A stretch of DNA of 64,000 nucleotides, from positions 15,946,464 to 16,010,463 of the forward strand of contig NC_043011.1 of assembly GCF_006345805.1 (NCBI RefSeq), in the 5' to 3' direction. The notes beneath the pieces are model-generated. The model was not told the DNA's origin and ran no database searches. It worked only from the letters and a program-made list of their open reading frames with translations. Made by a program: the position numbers and the translations under genes. Positions 12,361 to 26,007 of the stretch are shown in pieces (positions within the stretch are counted from its first letter, which is position 1; every line of letters starts with the position of its first letter). The stretch comes from Octopus sinensis. Lineage: Eukaryota.

Positions 12361-13439
12361 AGAAAGATGTGGGCGAGAATAGATAAACGGATAAAAATAA
12401 TATGGTGGTATTTATTTATAAACATAAGTGCAAAGGAGAAGGAAAGCCTGTGTTCGACAATCTATGAACCTGCGTTTCTGGTAGTGTGCTTATATACGTA
12501 TTTGTGTAACTTGAAGTTTAGTCATGCATGTTTGTAGGCGTCTTTAAGTGAAAGCTTGCATGCATACAACTACGCAAAGGAAGCTGCTAAATATATGATA
12601 TATCGTGTGTGGTAGGGGTACTTACCCTGAGGGTGGATTCGCTGCAATAACTATATCGATTTATCCATAGTAACCGATTTACTCACGATTTTGATAAACA
12701 CTTCGCCCAATCAAAAGCAACGCATTATATTGAGCTTCAACAACATTCATGGAAAGGTGAATGGCATGCAACCAAACATCTATAAAAAAATACTATCTGA
12801 TTTGTTTCCATTAGATTCGGGCATGATAATAACAATATATTTGAATGTTAGTAGAACTGTACACTGGAAATCATGGTCAGGATGTACACAGTGTGAATGC
12901 GTAACGTTTAAGCGCATAAGTAGTCCGTCGTGAAAAGTACCTTGGTAACTAGGTAAGAAAAAAAGAACTTCATACATACACACACCCATGTATACACATA
13001 TATCTGTCTATGTATCTATCTAGCTATCTATCTATGTATCATTTTCTCACTCACTGTATACATATATATACGCATTGACTGTGTTGCAGCATTGTCAGGC
13101 CGTGAAGGTTACGGCAATGTTAAAATGTAAACGCAGATATCCCAAAGGAAACTGTTTTAAATAAATGTATCTGCATATATATTTGTTGAGCAATATATGT
13201 GAGTATCTATCTATATATCTATCTGTCTTTCTTTCTATCTATCTATCTATCGATCGATCGATGCATCTCTCTATCTCTTTAGCTAACCATCCATCGATCT
13301 ATCTCTGATTCTCTTCCAATATCTATGCTGATTATCTTAATATCGTTTCGTATAGATACTTATACATAAAGATCGATGTCATAGTATTTATAAATTTTTT
13401 ATAGTTTTATATATACATACGTGGTGTGTGTAAATATCA

Positions 13440-13468
13440 ATGTATATATGTATATATATGTATGTATG

Positions 13469-13508
<40 letters not shown>

Positions 13509-13695
13509 CAAACATACATATATGCATATGCATGCATATATATAAATAGACAAATGCACACACACATGCATCTATATACGTACGTATGTATGTATATATA
13601 GTATATATATATGTATGTATGTGTGTATGTATGTATGTATGTATGTATGTATGTATGTATGTATGTATGTATGCACGTATGTATGTATGTATCTA
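13440..13695. repeat. (TA)n/(TATG)n microsatellites
   Basis: Direct reading. Confidence 0.95.
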
Positions 13696-13879
13696 CGTAT
13701 TGCAGATGTGCATATAAGTATTTGTTTCTGTGGTAGCGTACATTTGAGTAATGCGTTCATCTCATGTATGTCCCTACACTTTACGCATTTGTTAGATACA
13801 CATTACCGAAACTATCACAACCGGAAATCTGGTTATGGTTTTAGCACAGTAAAATAGATAATAACTGCGATACAGGGTT

Positions 13880-14100
13880 TGTCGGGAAGTTTAGATGACA
13901 TCAACTGTTCGATCAATTTTAGCTGTAACTGAAGCATTCAGAACTCTTACGTTCTGCACAGTAGCTTGATCAAATAATTGACATTTCGGAATTACTCTCT
14001 GAATATTATATATCCGTCTGTTGTAAGGCATTTCTAAACGGAAACTACATCAGCTCATTCGAAGATTTCCGAGAATAACTGACACTTTTACAACATCTAC
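13880..14100 (+). mobile_element. Possible highly degenerate mariner transposase C-terminal relic
   Basis: AFLNGNYISSFEDFRE resembles the mariner LQxFLNGKxFxSxEDV segment; upstream motifs are barely recognisable. Confidence 0.3.
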
Positions 14101-14599
14101 CGGAAATGCACACAAATATTCTTGTTAAATTGTAGATGCTGCGACGTACTGGAATGGGAAACTTTCAGATATTTCTGGTGTAAAGTTGTAGAATATTTTG
14201 TTTATTTAAATCCAGTTTTTATTAGTTTCTTCTATCAGAATTGAACGGTACTCAACTGATTTAGCTTTTCTATCTATAAATACATAGATAGAATTTCCTT
14301 TCTCCTCACCACCATTTCCAAGTATATTCCTGCATCAGTTTAAACGAAATATATACCGTATGAAACATTGATGAAATCGGTAATGTTTTTAATAAATTTT
14401 AAAGAATATTGACGGGATTAGGACGGGAATATTTTGTGCGTTTGCGAATGGCTTTAGTACAATACTGCTGTAAAACTTCAATCGTCTGAGGAAAAGTTGT
14501 CATTTTTGTGGACAATTCATTGCCATTTAAGACAGTACCAAACACCGAATTAGAAGGGCAATTTCTATCAAATTATTACCAAGTAGGCTTTCATCACGA

Positions 14600-15290
14600 A
14601 GGAAACCATACTAATGAGAGGGTGCATTATGTTTCTGTATTTGGAGTACTTAAAACGCCATTTATACGTTTATTGTACCCCTGAAACGGCCGTAGATATC
14701 CTTTAACCGAATTCACCCGAATCTGTATATATATAAATCTATCTACCTAATTATCTACCTATTTGGAACTTTCATCAGACATTTCGTATAAATATCAAAT
14801 TCTTAATCGATCCGAACAGTTCATTTTGTAAGCCCTTACCTTGTATTTTTATCGCTTTATTTGTCACTCCTCAATTCGGTAGCTGAACCCAAAGTACATG
14901 ACGCATAGTTTTCACATATGACTTTTACATGTAATTTTGTTCACTGATTCATATACACATTTATTTTGTTGTGTGTTTTAAATTATACTTTGGAATTTGT
15001 ATTGATTAACTAGATGTGATCCTTCTATAATTTCCCTTATTGTTCGATTTAGCTCGTAATGACCACTTCTTAACAAAGCCCATATATTGTGAAGTATACA
15101 TAAAAACATACTTTATAAGAAAATTTTACTTTATATGAGCGTAGAAATTGATATCAATTAATTAATATCAATTTAAACAAGTGGTCTAGCATATTCAAAA
15201 GAAATCCGAAAATTTAAAAATTATATTACAATTAATAAGGGGAATGACCACTAAAGTAGATTCCTATACGCTAGAAATAGACTTCAAATT
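14600..15290 (+). mobile_element. Non-coding PLE-type terminal repeat with hammerhead relic (14601-14701)
   Basis: CTAATGA (14611-17), stem II GAGGGTGCA/TGTACCCCT, GAAA (14683-86), palindromic CGGCCG, TA. Element boundaries are approximate. Confidence 0.6.
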
Positions 15291-15539
15291 TTTTTAACAT
15301 TTCACTTAACGTCTATGTTCCATGCTGGCATGGTTTAGAGAGTTACTAATGTACAAACTTGGTATCTCAGGTAGTAGCGGTTGGGAAGTGCGAAATCTAG
15401 ACAACCATCTTAAATTTCATTATTCTCTTTAACGTGGGCAAAGCCGAGTATTTCTGCTTGTATGTGTGTGTGTATGTAAGAATGTATGATATATACATGT
15501 ATGTATATGTATATGTATATTTCCAACACAGAAATTTTC

Positions 15540-16555
15540 CCCTTACTGTCATAAATAACACTAGGAACAATTCAAAGTCTACAAAAAACTGCATCTGGTT
15601 TGTAATACCTTTCGGAAAACAAATCAAATCGAACCTTCCCTTACAGTTCCGTGAAGCCATTGCTAGGAACTTTCCCAGTAATTCTAGATATCATTTTATT
15701 ATCAATTCACACAAGGTAAGAATAGCATTCTCTAACACTAAGAATCTTTCGCAAATTATTGCTTCCCATAATAACAAGCTGCTAAACAAAGATTCTTCAC
15801 CCGGGGGTTCCAACACTAATCTTACTAATTCCAACCCATCATACAATCATAATAATCTAAATAGTATTGATAGTAACAGCATTCGTAGCAGCGTTAGTGT
15901 TAGCAATGATAATATTAATAATAGTATTAGTCGGGTTGATAACAACGGGAATGTTGATGGTAACAACAACAACGGTACTATTGTCGGGGATATAGCTGGT
16001 TGTAGTGCAATTAATAATAATAATAATAATAATAGAAATAGTGTAGTTGTTAACGCTTGTAGTAATAAAAACAACAATCATAACAATAAAAACTCCGTCT
16101 CGATCTCGGAGGAGAACCCTAACAGATTAAAATTTTTGTCCAGTAATTCCAAAGTTAAGAATTCCATTTACCAGTGTAGAATATTTTCCGGTACCGATGT
16201 CTTCTACTATATAGGTACGACAACGTCTCAGTTATCCAAGAGAATTTCCAATCATTATTCGACTTTCCGAGATAAGAAAAAACGACATAGTACAGGTCTG
16301 AGTAAATTAGTTTGGCGTCTTAAAGACAACAATATAACTTTCAAGTTGGATTGGTTTATATTGTCTGTATCCTTTCCCTTTGATAAGGGCAGAAAATTTT
16401 GTAACATTTGTAATTCTGAACTCTTTTATATCCTTTTCGCCAAGATTCCCCTAGTAAAAACACTCATAGAAAAATCGTACAAATATAAGCATTGGCAAAA
16501 CACACTTACCACTCATATAAATAATATAGATAACCACTTTAGTTTTAACAATTAG
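15540..16555 (+). CDS. 5'-truncated Penelope-like element ORF: RT thumb/linker, Asn-rich insert, GIY-YIG endonuclease
   Basis: CIWFVIPF...FP...KVRIAFSNTKNLSQIIASHNNKLL matches the PLE WFNPP...KISYS...HN segment; NSIYQC...YYIGTT..SKRISNH..F...LSKLVWRLK...W.IL...CNICNSE is GIY-YIG with a C-terminal Cys motif. The N-terminal part of the track ORF (15434-15540) is microsatellite-derived. Confidence 0.85.
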
Positions 16556-17286
16556 CTTCACGTCCACACCACTACCGTAGACAAATTCTTTCCTATGCCT
16601 TCGAACTTTCTTTCTGCTCCGTTATATGTTCCATTGCTACTAAATTTCTTTGACGTATGTTTATATATCTCTCTCTCCCTCTCTATAACACGCACGATCA
16701 AACACACAGACACAAATTTTATACCTTACTACTAAGTATATTTGACGTTTGTCTCCCACACACACACAATAACACACACACACATACACAAATACAGTTA
16801 TATACACACACTCATACACATACACAAACACTCGCACTCATTAACACAAGCACACACCCGCACATCCCCATACATACAGCATACATATTTTCCCTACCTA
16901 TTTTTACTACTCCCTCCTTCTACCCAATTTTGACGTCATTGCTTATAACGGATTTTTTAAAAAAACACTCATTATCACTGTGGTCACCATGTAGGCAATC
17001 ATCAAAAAGTTTGTTCGTCTTATGAAGATGGCATAATGCACCATTTATTCCTTCGGAATTAAAAGTATACCGTCTTCGAAACATGTGTCGAGAGTAAAGG
17101 AATTTTGTTAAAATCTTCGTTCGACTCCATTCTTTCATTTATTCATATAACTAGCACACAAATTTCCACACAAGAACCCGGAGTTTCTACCCTTGACAGG
17201 TCGCTTCAACCGTGTTTTCCGACGTGAATTTGCTACCCAGGTATCGGTTAAACGAATTTTCCATGCTAGAATAATTCATTCACCTA

Positions 17287-17290
<4 letters not shown>
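16556..17290 (+). mobile_element. PLE 3' UTR / pseudo-LTR ending in (TA)n, with a hammerhead relic at ~17009-17098
   Basis: CTTATGA (17019-25), AGATGG/CCGTCT stem II, GAAA (17078-81), CATGTG, GTC cleavage triplet (17087-89). It lies directly downstream of the GIY-YIG ORF. Confidence 0.7.
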
Positions 17291-17365
<75 letters not shown>

Positions 17366-17509
17366 GTCTATATCTATACATATAATGTTTATATGTATGT
17401 GTGTGTAAGCCGTCTCAGAATCCCTAAGTCTGAAAAAATTGTACTCGTATATCTGTCAGTAGAGTGGATATATTCATCAAATTGCAACGTATTATATTAT
17501 ATATATATA

Positions 17510-17604
<95 letters not shown>

Positions 17605-17931
17605 AGTGTGTATTCATCAGAGCATGAATATGATTCCATATATATAAGATCCATTGATATGTGTACATACAGTTACGTGTTTCTGTATACCTATAAACAG
17701 GCAAGAGAAGTATACCGTCTTCGAAACATGTGTCGAGAGTAAACGAATTTTGTTAAAATCTTCGTTCGACTCCATTCTTTCATTTATTCATATAACTAGC
17801 ACACAAATTTCCACACAAGAACCCGGAGTTTCTACCCTTGACAGGTCGCTTCAACCGTGTTTTCCGACGTGAATTTGCTACCCTGGTATCGGTTAAACGA
17901 ATTTTCCATGCTAGAATAATTCATTCACCTA

Positions 17932-17993
<62 letters not shown>

Positions 17994-18373
17994 ATATATA
18001 TAATATATATATATATACACACATGTCTATATCTATACATATAAATGTTTATATGTATGTGTGTGTAAGCCGTCTCAGAATCCCTAAGTCTGAAAAAATT
18101 GTACTCGTATATCTGTCAGTAGAGTGGATATATTCATCAAATTGCAACGTATTATATATATATATATATAATATATATATATATGTGTGTGTGTGTGGTG
18201 TGTGTGTGTGTGTGTGTGTGGTGTGTGTGCGTGTGTGTGTGTGTGTGGTGTGTGTGTGTGTGTGTGTGTGAGTGTGTATTCATCAGAGCATGAATATGAT
18301 TCCATATATATAAGATCCATTGATATGTGTACATACAGTTACGTGTTTCTGTATACCTATAAACAGGCAAGAG
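17063..18373 (+). repeat. Two-copy tandem duplication (~645-665 bp unit)
   Basis: 17063-17707 is repeated at 17708-18373, including the 3' half of the hammerhead, the PLE end and flanking (TA)n/(TG)n segments. Confidence 0.9.
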
Positions 18374-19559
18374 ATATGATACCTGTAAATTGCTACCTCG
18401 TACCCAAAATAGTGCGACGGAAATATACTGAAGCTTAGCAAAAAATAATAAGTCATTTGCCTAAAAAATGAAGAATATATTTGGTTTTCACTTTTTTGAT
18501 AGTCGTATGTTATACACTTTTCTGTGTGCATGTGTATACGATTATACAATGATAAGGTATGTTACTGTCAACATCACATTAAAAAAAAATATTTTAGTTA
18601 TCTTGTATGCATTTCTACCATTTCTCAATAGAAAATTGAATGTTATCACTAAACTTCATTGAATGCAGATTTATTTAATTCTTTGGTCCATTGTATTCAT
18701 GCATATTGTAAATATGACATTTTTTCATCCCTCCCCTTATATTTGCAAACTATAACAACGGTCATAGTCTGATTTTACTTGCCATCGTTTGCATTGTTAT
18801 TTATATATTTAATTTGATATGCAATATTATAATTTTTTTCTCCGAATAGAAATCTCCGGGAGGTCTGCAGAACAACAATAAAACATAATCTTTCATTAAT
18901 CAATTCTTAATTCAATTCAGTACGTCTCCTTCTAGACTGCTTAAATAGATATTGTAAAATATTTGATGATCAGATTTTCCGTTGATTTTATATTATTCAC
19001 GAGACTATATTACTGTTGATTCTTATATCTATACCACAGCCGTCAGCAATGTTCTATTTTCTCACTCGTTTCTTTTTCATTCCCATTGTCAGATCTCTCA
19101 AACTCCTTTCACTTTAATTCTGGGAAATTGATCAATAAAGAATTATTTTACATTTAAGTTGTTTTTTTTTTTTTTTTGTAGTGTCATCATATTATCGTGT
19201 ACTTTTCAAAATGCATTCAGATGTAAGAAAATAAACTTCAATGATTTTATATATACTTGAATGATTTTTCTTTAACGATATTGTATAACGTACAGACATG
19301 TTGTGCTCAAAATTTAATAAGAGACTCCAGAATGTATTTTTCCAATAATATGTCTTGGGTGTTTGAGCAACAAAATTACATATTATTTCACTCTTTCGGT
19401 ACCTTCAATTCTATTCTGCACTTTGTTCGCAGTTGAAGACTTCCTAAAGGCCACGTAATTTGGTTGATTTTCTAGAATCCAAGTCGTTAGCTAGATGTTG
19501 GTCAAGTATACGCTTTACTCTTTACTCTTCACTCCAACAATACTATATCATTATTCACT

Positions 19560-19970
19560 TTATTCTTTTACTTGTTTCAGTCATTTGACTACGGCCATGC
19601 TGGAGCAGCACCTTTAGTCGAGGAAATCGACCCCAGGACTTATTCTTTGTACGCCTAGTACTTATTCTATTGGTCTCTTTTGCCGAATCGCTAAGTTACG
19701 GTGACGTAAACACACTATCACCGGTTGTCAAGCGATGTTGTAGGACAAATACAAACACACACACACACACACACACACACAAATATATATATGTATATAC
19801 ATATATACAACGGGCTTCTTTCAGTTTCCGTCTACCAAATCCACTCACAAGGCTTTGGTCGGCCCGAGGCTATAGTAGAAGACACTTGCCCAAGGTGCCA
19901 CGCAGTGGGACTGAACCCGGAACCATGTGGTTGGTAAAAAAGCTAGTTACCACACAGTTACTCCTGCGCC
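19560..19970 (-). mobile_element. tRNA-derived SINE family 1
   Basis: Minus-strand head GGCGCAGGAGT..CTGTGTGGTAA (A box)...GGTTCAGTCCC (B box), then ACCTTGGGCAAGTG, internal microsatellite and AAAAG-type tail. Homologous to copies at 32.5 and 62.4 kb. Confidence 0.9.
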
Positions 19971-20373
19971 TATAGCAGATTATATTACGATTTGGTTGTG
20001 AGAGTTCCAATAATGATAATGATATAGCTTTTCACGAGGAAATTTCTGTCAGCTGTGGTTAAAAGTGGGTCATTTAAGGGTAAGGTCCACACTTGCGTTT
20101 CTTTCTGTTATGACCATCGAAAAAGTTAACGTGAGTGCTTTTATCAGATCAGCTAAAGATCATTTAAATTCTCCAAATTGACAAAGCAGTTTTAACTTAA
20201 TCTATTCTTGAATTCGCTGCATTTATTTAGCACCGAAATATAATCAATAAATATACATTCACAGATATATTCATAGGAAGATAATGTAGCTACATATATG
20301 CCTACATAAATGCTGGTATAGCAGCATTTAGATAAAACTCATATTATCTGCTATATCTAGATTAAAATAAACA

Positions 20374-20520
20374 GGTGCAGGAGTGACTTTGTGGAAAGTA
20401 GCTTGATTACCAGCCACATGGTTCTGGGTTCAGTCCCACTGCGTGGAACCTTGGGGTAAGTGTCTTTCACTAAAGCTTTGTGAGTGGAGCTTTGGCAGAC
20501 GTAAACTGAAAGAAGCCCGT
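20374..20520 (+). mobile_element. SINE family 1, 5' half
   Basis: ggtgcaggagtgactttgtgg...gggttcagtcccactgcgtgg...aactgaaagaagcccgt. Confidence 0.85.
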
Positions 20521-20626
20521 TATAACTTGCTCAGGTTGTGGACAGAAAAATATGGCACTTAAACAGAGAACCACACCACATAAGGAACAGATCCTTTTCC
20601 CAAAGTACAGCCAGATCCCTTTGAGT

Positions 20627-20665
<39 letters not shown>

Positions 20666-21121
20666 TGTGCAGGTAATATCGAAACAAATTTCTCAGTTTT
20701 CCCCATCTACCAGTGCAAAAAAACAATTTCTATACAAAAACAATTAAATAAAGAAAATTTAGGTATCGAAAAGTACAGAACGCGTCTAAATATAAATGAC
20801 TAACTAAACTTTGGTCTCAATATATCTTTTAATTCATGATCACATATCCATCACTGTACAATTTTCATCTCACTACCTTTAGCTTTAGAGTTATTGTATA
20901 TATGTTTATCCCCCACATGAACAATTTCCTCCACTGTCCCGAATAATAGCGATCGCCAAGTACCTCCCCTTATATTTTCTACTTGTTTATCCATTCACAA
21001 ACTTTCTTTTAAGAACATAGACTAAAATCTTCTTTAGAAAATATGAAACTACGATAGTTTCAATGTCATGATTAGCGAAATCAATCGACAAACACAATAG
21101 TATTTCACTTATAAAATATAT

Positions 21122-21517
21122 TCTTTTTCTTCTAGGCACAAGGGCCACATTTTTGGGGAAGGGGCCAGTCTATAGGATCGACCCCAGTACGCAACTGGTA
21201 CTTAATTTATCGACCCAAAAAGATGAAAGGCAAAGTCGACCTCGGTGGAATTTGAAGTAAGAACGTAAAGACAGAAGAAATACCTATTTTTTTACTACCC
21301 ACAAGGGGCTAAAAACAGAGGGGACAAACAAAGAAAGACAAATGGATTAAGTCGATTATATCGACCCCAGTGCGTAACTGGCACTTATTTAATCGACCGC
21401 GAAAAGACAAAAGACAAAGTCGACCTCGGCGGAATTTGAACTCAGAACGCAGAGGCAGACGAAATACAGCTGAGCAATTTGCCCGGCGTGCTAACATTTC
21501 TGCCATCACACTGCCTT
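21122..21517 (-). mobile_element. tRNA-derived SINE family 2 (dimeric form)
   Basis: Minus-strand TGGCAGAAATGTTAG A box and GAGTTCAAATTCC B box; the central GACTTTGCCTTTCATC...GGTCGATAAA block occurs twice. Confidence 0.85.
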
Positions 21518-21747
21518 AGTTATGAAATATATTAACAAATATATTAAAATTATGTAAACTGCGTCTATTTCCCTTCTTTTATTTTATACATATATATCGT
21601 TTGCATCACAACTCTGCACGTGGTAATAATCGAAATTCACCTCCCTCTTATTCGTCTGCTAATACTTACCATGTGCGATGTCCTCACGTTGTTGTTTTCT
21701 TCTTGTGTTTGTTCTTCATTTTGTTTGGGGGGATTTGCTCTACACAT

Positions 21748-21778
<31 letters not shown>

Positions 21779-22524
21779 CAAGAATTTATATATAATTATA
21801 ACAATATTTAAGGGTTTAGCAACAAGTTGCTTAATCACATACCGAAATATTTAGAAATAGCAGTCAAAAGACCGTTATTTCTTTTCGCTACAAAATATGA
21901 CTCTACATACAACCCTCTCACCAACTCACACACATATATATAACTATATATGCGTGCCAGTGGAAGATTTACACATGAGCATTCCAGTATGTAGAGATCA
22001 GCCCCGACACCCATAAACACAGACAAACACGTGATTCGTTTATTGATGAAACTCTTCAACATTTGCAAGTATGCATATCAATTTTTTTTTAGATTTAAGT
22101 GAGATAATTTTGAACTGTTGTTCCCTGAAGGAATATTGAAATTCGGTGATGGTTTGTAACAGCTACGAAGACTTGTTAGGAAGGGAATAAATTGAAAATG
22201 TCTGTAGCAGAATATTAATTACAAGTATCTCCAGGGTTCTAAATGGTGATGCCTTTCATCAGAACCTATCTCGGATTGTCATGTCATTTTAATCAATAGA
22301 AACACATTTTGCAACAGATGTTCTTTGAAAACAGACCATAATTATCACCGTGAGTGTCGAAAAATTATTCTTCACTTTCAATTTTTTTTCCTTTCTATCT
22401 ATCTTCCCCTGCTTTATGGCCCTTTGTATTCCATCTTGTTCTTTCTCACGATGCATTCTTTCAAATTCTTTTGCTTCTCCTTTTTGTACTTCTCGTTTTC
22501 CCTCTTTTCCTTCAAGTTCAAATT

Positions 22525-22526
22525 AT

Positions 22527-22562
<36 letters not shown>

Positions 22563-22665
22563 CGACGATGATAATGGTAATGATAATGTTGATGATGAGA
22601 ACAATTACAACAACAACAACAGCAACAACAACGACAACAACAACAACAGCAACAACAACAACAAC

Positions 22666-22705
<40 letters not shown>
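22525..22705. repeat. (GAT)n/(CAA)n/(AAT)n microsatellite
   Basis: Direct reading; source of the poly-M/D/T/N ORFs. Confidence 0.95.
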
Positions 22706-22706
<1 letters not shown>

Positions 22707-22845
22707 CTAGGCACTACTCACATCCTACGCAAAACATTTTCAATACAGTAACCATCAGAGCATCACAACAGAACACAGCACATACCCAAGGCACACAGAG
22801 CTGCGCTCGGTAGGGAAGTGAAAGCACACTATAAAAATAAAACTA

Positions 22846-22850
<5 letters not shown>
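22706..22850 (+). mobile_element. RLE non-LTR retrotransposon family A, extreme 3' fragment
   Basis: Matches 24133-24278 and 27389-27538; followed by (AAT)n. Confidence 0.9.
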
Positions 22851-22913
<63 letters not shown>

Positions 22914-22915
<2 letters not shown>

Positions 22916-24273
22916 GACGAGTTAGATCAATACTAAAAACAGAGCTCAATGCTAAAAACAAGATAATAGGTATCAACACTTTAGCTGTCCCAGTTATAAG
23001 TTACAGCTACAATATCCTTACTGGACACGAAATGAACTGTCCAAAATAGATAGGAAAACAAGAAAAATACTGACAGGATCTAGGATGCATCACCCAAATC
23101 TGACATAGAAAGACTATATATACAACGTATAGAAGGTGGTAGAGGCCTTATACAGCTGGAAAACTACTATAAAATAACCACCATAGGACTGCAAAAATAC
23201 CTACTTCAGAAGGAAGGAAAACTGATCCAGATAGCAGCAAAACACGAGCAAAACAAAAAACTGTTCTCAGTATTTAAGGAAGCTGACAAATACAAACAAG
23301 AACATACCACCTAATAAACACGAAGAAGAAGAAGAAGATGATGAAGAAACAACAAAAGCTATAAAACAATGAAATCCAAACTAAAAATAGAACAGCAACG
23401 AACCATGATAAAACGATGGCAAGAAAAGCCCCCTTCATGGTAAATACTGCACTAACTAAACGCAAAAGAAATAGACAAGAAAGATCCCAGCAATGGTTGA
23501 GAAGCTCAGGACTCAAAGCAGAAACAGAAGGATTTTTAATTGCAGCACAAGACCAAAGCCTCCCCACCAGAAATTACCAAAAACATGTAATGAAAAGAAA
23601 TATTACAAGTAACTGCAGAATATGTGGAGATGGACAAGAAACAATAAATCATATTATCTCTAGCTGCTCAGTCCTGGCTAAGAAGGAATATATTCACAGA
23701 CATGACAGAGTTGGGACCTACATACACTCGAAGCTATGCCAACATTATGGAATAACAACAGAAGATGGTATAGGCACACACCAGAAAAGGTTACAGAAAA
23801 CGAGAAAGCAACCATACTCTGGGATATGCCGATACACACAGATAGAGAAATTAAGGCCAACAGACCAGATATAGTTGTCAGAGATCATGAAGAAAAAAAA
23901 TGCTTTCTAATTGATGTATCAATACCGGCAGATGACAACGTGTCTCTAAAAGAAATGGAGAAACTCTCAAAATACAAAGACCTGGAAATAGAGGTAACTA
24001 GAATGTGGAATCTGAAAACAGAAACAATTCCTATCATAGTAGGTGCATTAGGCATGATAAAAAAATATTCAGACAAATACATAACAAAAACACCAGGACT
24101 TACAAACACATATATCATACAGAAAATTGCACTACTAGGCACAGCACACATCCTACGCAGAACACTTTCCATACAATAACCATCAGAGCATCACAACAAA
24201 TCACAGCACATACCCAAGGCACACAGAGCATTGCTCGGTAGTGAAGTGAAAGCACGCTAAAAAAATAAAACTA

Positions 24274-24278
<5 letters not shown>
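22914..24278 (+). mobile_element. 5'-truncated R4/Dong-type non-LTR retrotransposon family A (frameshifted ORF C-terminus plus 3' UTR)
   Basis: AAQDQSLPTRNY, CCHC finger CRICGDGQETINHIISSC, RHDRV, NRPDIV...IDVS...KLSKY restriction-like endonuclease motifs; (AAT)n on both sides. Confidence 0.92.
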
Positions 24279-24330
<52 letters not shown>

Positions 24331-24334
<4 letters not shown>

Positions 24335-24628
24335 CTGTAAAGGTTGTCGTTATAATGGAAACTGTAAAGGTTGTGCTTATAATAATTGCTGCATTGGAAA
24401 CTGTAAACAAAGATAATCACAAAAGGCTGAAAGACATTGAAACAGAATGTCTTGTAGAGCTTCTATAGAAGGTTTGCCTCTTGGGGACAGGGAAAATTAT
24501 CAGGAGTGTTCTAAGCGCTTGAAAGTCTATTGAAATCTTGTAGATACCTAATGTTACAGGTAGTAATACGCTACACACATAAATGCTACCATGGATGAGA
24601 CCCAACCTGAGTCAAATAAATAAATAAA
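24331..24628 (+). mobile_element. RLE non-LTR family C, 3' fragment
   Basis: Manual translation VKVVLIIIAALETVNK...LVELL*KVCLLGTGKIIRSVLSA* matches the RLE C-terminal VPIVIGALG...LQKxxLLGTxxIxRxVL motif; followed by (CAA)n/(AAT)n. Confidence 0.75.
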
Positions 24629-24677
24629 CAATAGCAACAACAACAACAACAAACACAACAACAACAACAACAACAAC

Positions 24678-24799
<122 letters not shown>

Positions 24800-24929
24800 T
24801 AATAATAAACCAAATCTGAAACCATCACGAAGCAGGAGTTAAGAATCTGCAAAAACAATGAAACGATGAAAGTAAACTGTCTTGAAGTAAGCCATCTCAG
24901 GAAACTGCAGACTTTTTTCTTGTCTAGAG

Positions 24930-24994
<65 letters not shown>

Positions 24995-25299
24995 AACATA
25001 TACGTACAAGATATAGCTTACCGCAGATGTACCACTACAGCAACATGTGCGCAAAAATGTAAACACCGCAATATTTCTATATGAAAACTGCAAACCTGTG
25101 AGTCATATTTATAGTAGACATCTCTCTATATATGCACATTGCTGTTTCTTCTCGGTCTCTCAATGATGCATGAATAATAATTATAACTCCGAAAGAAACA
25201 CATCCATGGGCAGTATTGAGTTAAATAAGTAAACGCTGTAAAAACGAACTCATAAGAAAACCAAGCCAAAGAGAAATAACGGTGGACAGATAACTATAA

Positions 25300-25713
25300 A
25301 TACTATGAAATAGTTGATTTATGATATACACACCCTAGTATGCAACATCCCTCCAAAACCATGCTGTAATAAACACGTACTGTAAATACCCAACAAAATG
25401 AACAAAATCCACAACATGTGCCATAGGAGGCCGATACCCGACAGAAAAATACAACCTGCGTTGCACAAACAACGCACAACACAAAAACTAATACAACAGA
25501 AGACTCAAACCAAACCCCATAACAAAACATACTGATGCAATACGATATCCCACCCAAAAACTAAACTTCAGCGCACACCAAACTAACTGCACAAAGGTGC
25601 AACAAATGGTGCAATAGAAAGTTGCTTGAAATTATCAGATGACGAAATATAAAAGTGGTGATGAGGCTAGTCATGAACAGTACTGGGTGTCGGGCATGCA
25701 CTACTCTCTCATT
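25300..25713 (+). mobile_element. Probable 3' UTR of a further RLE non-LTR family (D)
   Basis: A/C-rich tract ending ...ctgggtgtcgggcatgcactactctctcattc directly into (CAA)n/(AAT)n, like the neighbouring 3' ends. No coding evidence; 5' boundary uncertain. Confidence 0.4.
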
Positions 25714-25775
25714 CAACAACAACAACAACAACAAAAATAATAACAATATTAATAATGATAATAATAATAATAATG

Positions 25776-25848
<73 letters not shown>

Positions 25849-25870
25849 TGATGATGATAATAATAATAAT

Positions 25871-25921
<51 letters not shown>

Positions 25922-25963
25922 AATGATAATGATAATGATAACAACAACAACAACAACAACAAC

Positions 25964-25995
<32 letters not shown>

Positions 25996-26007
25996 CAACA
26001 ACAACAA

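Noticed and set aside
25656-25690. GTGATGA-GGC/GTC-ATGAA-CAGTACTG as a hammerhead
   Set aside because: C3 and the GAAA box are missing and there is no UH site or stem I; better explained as an RLE 3' UTR.
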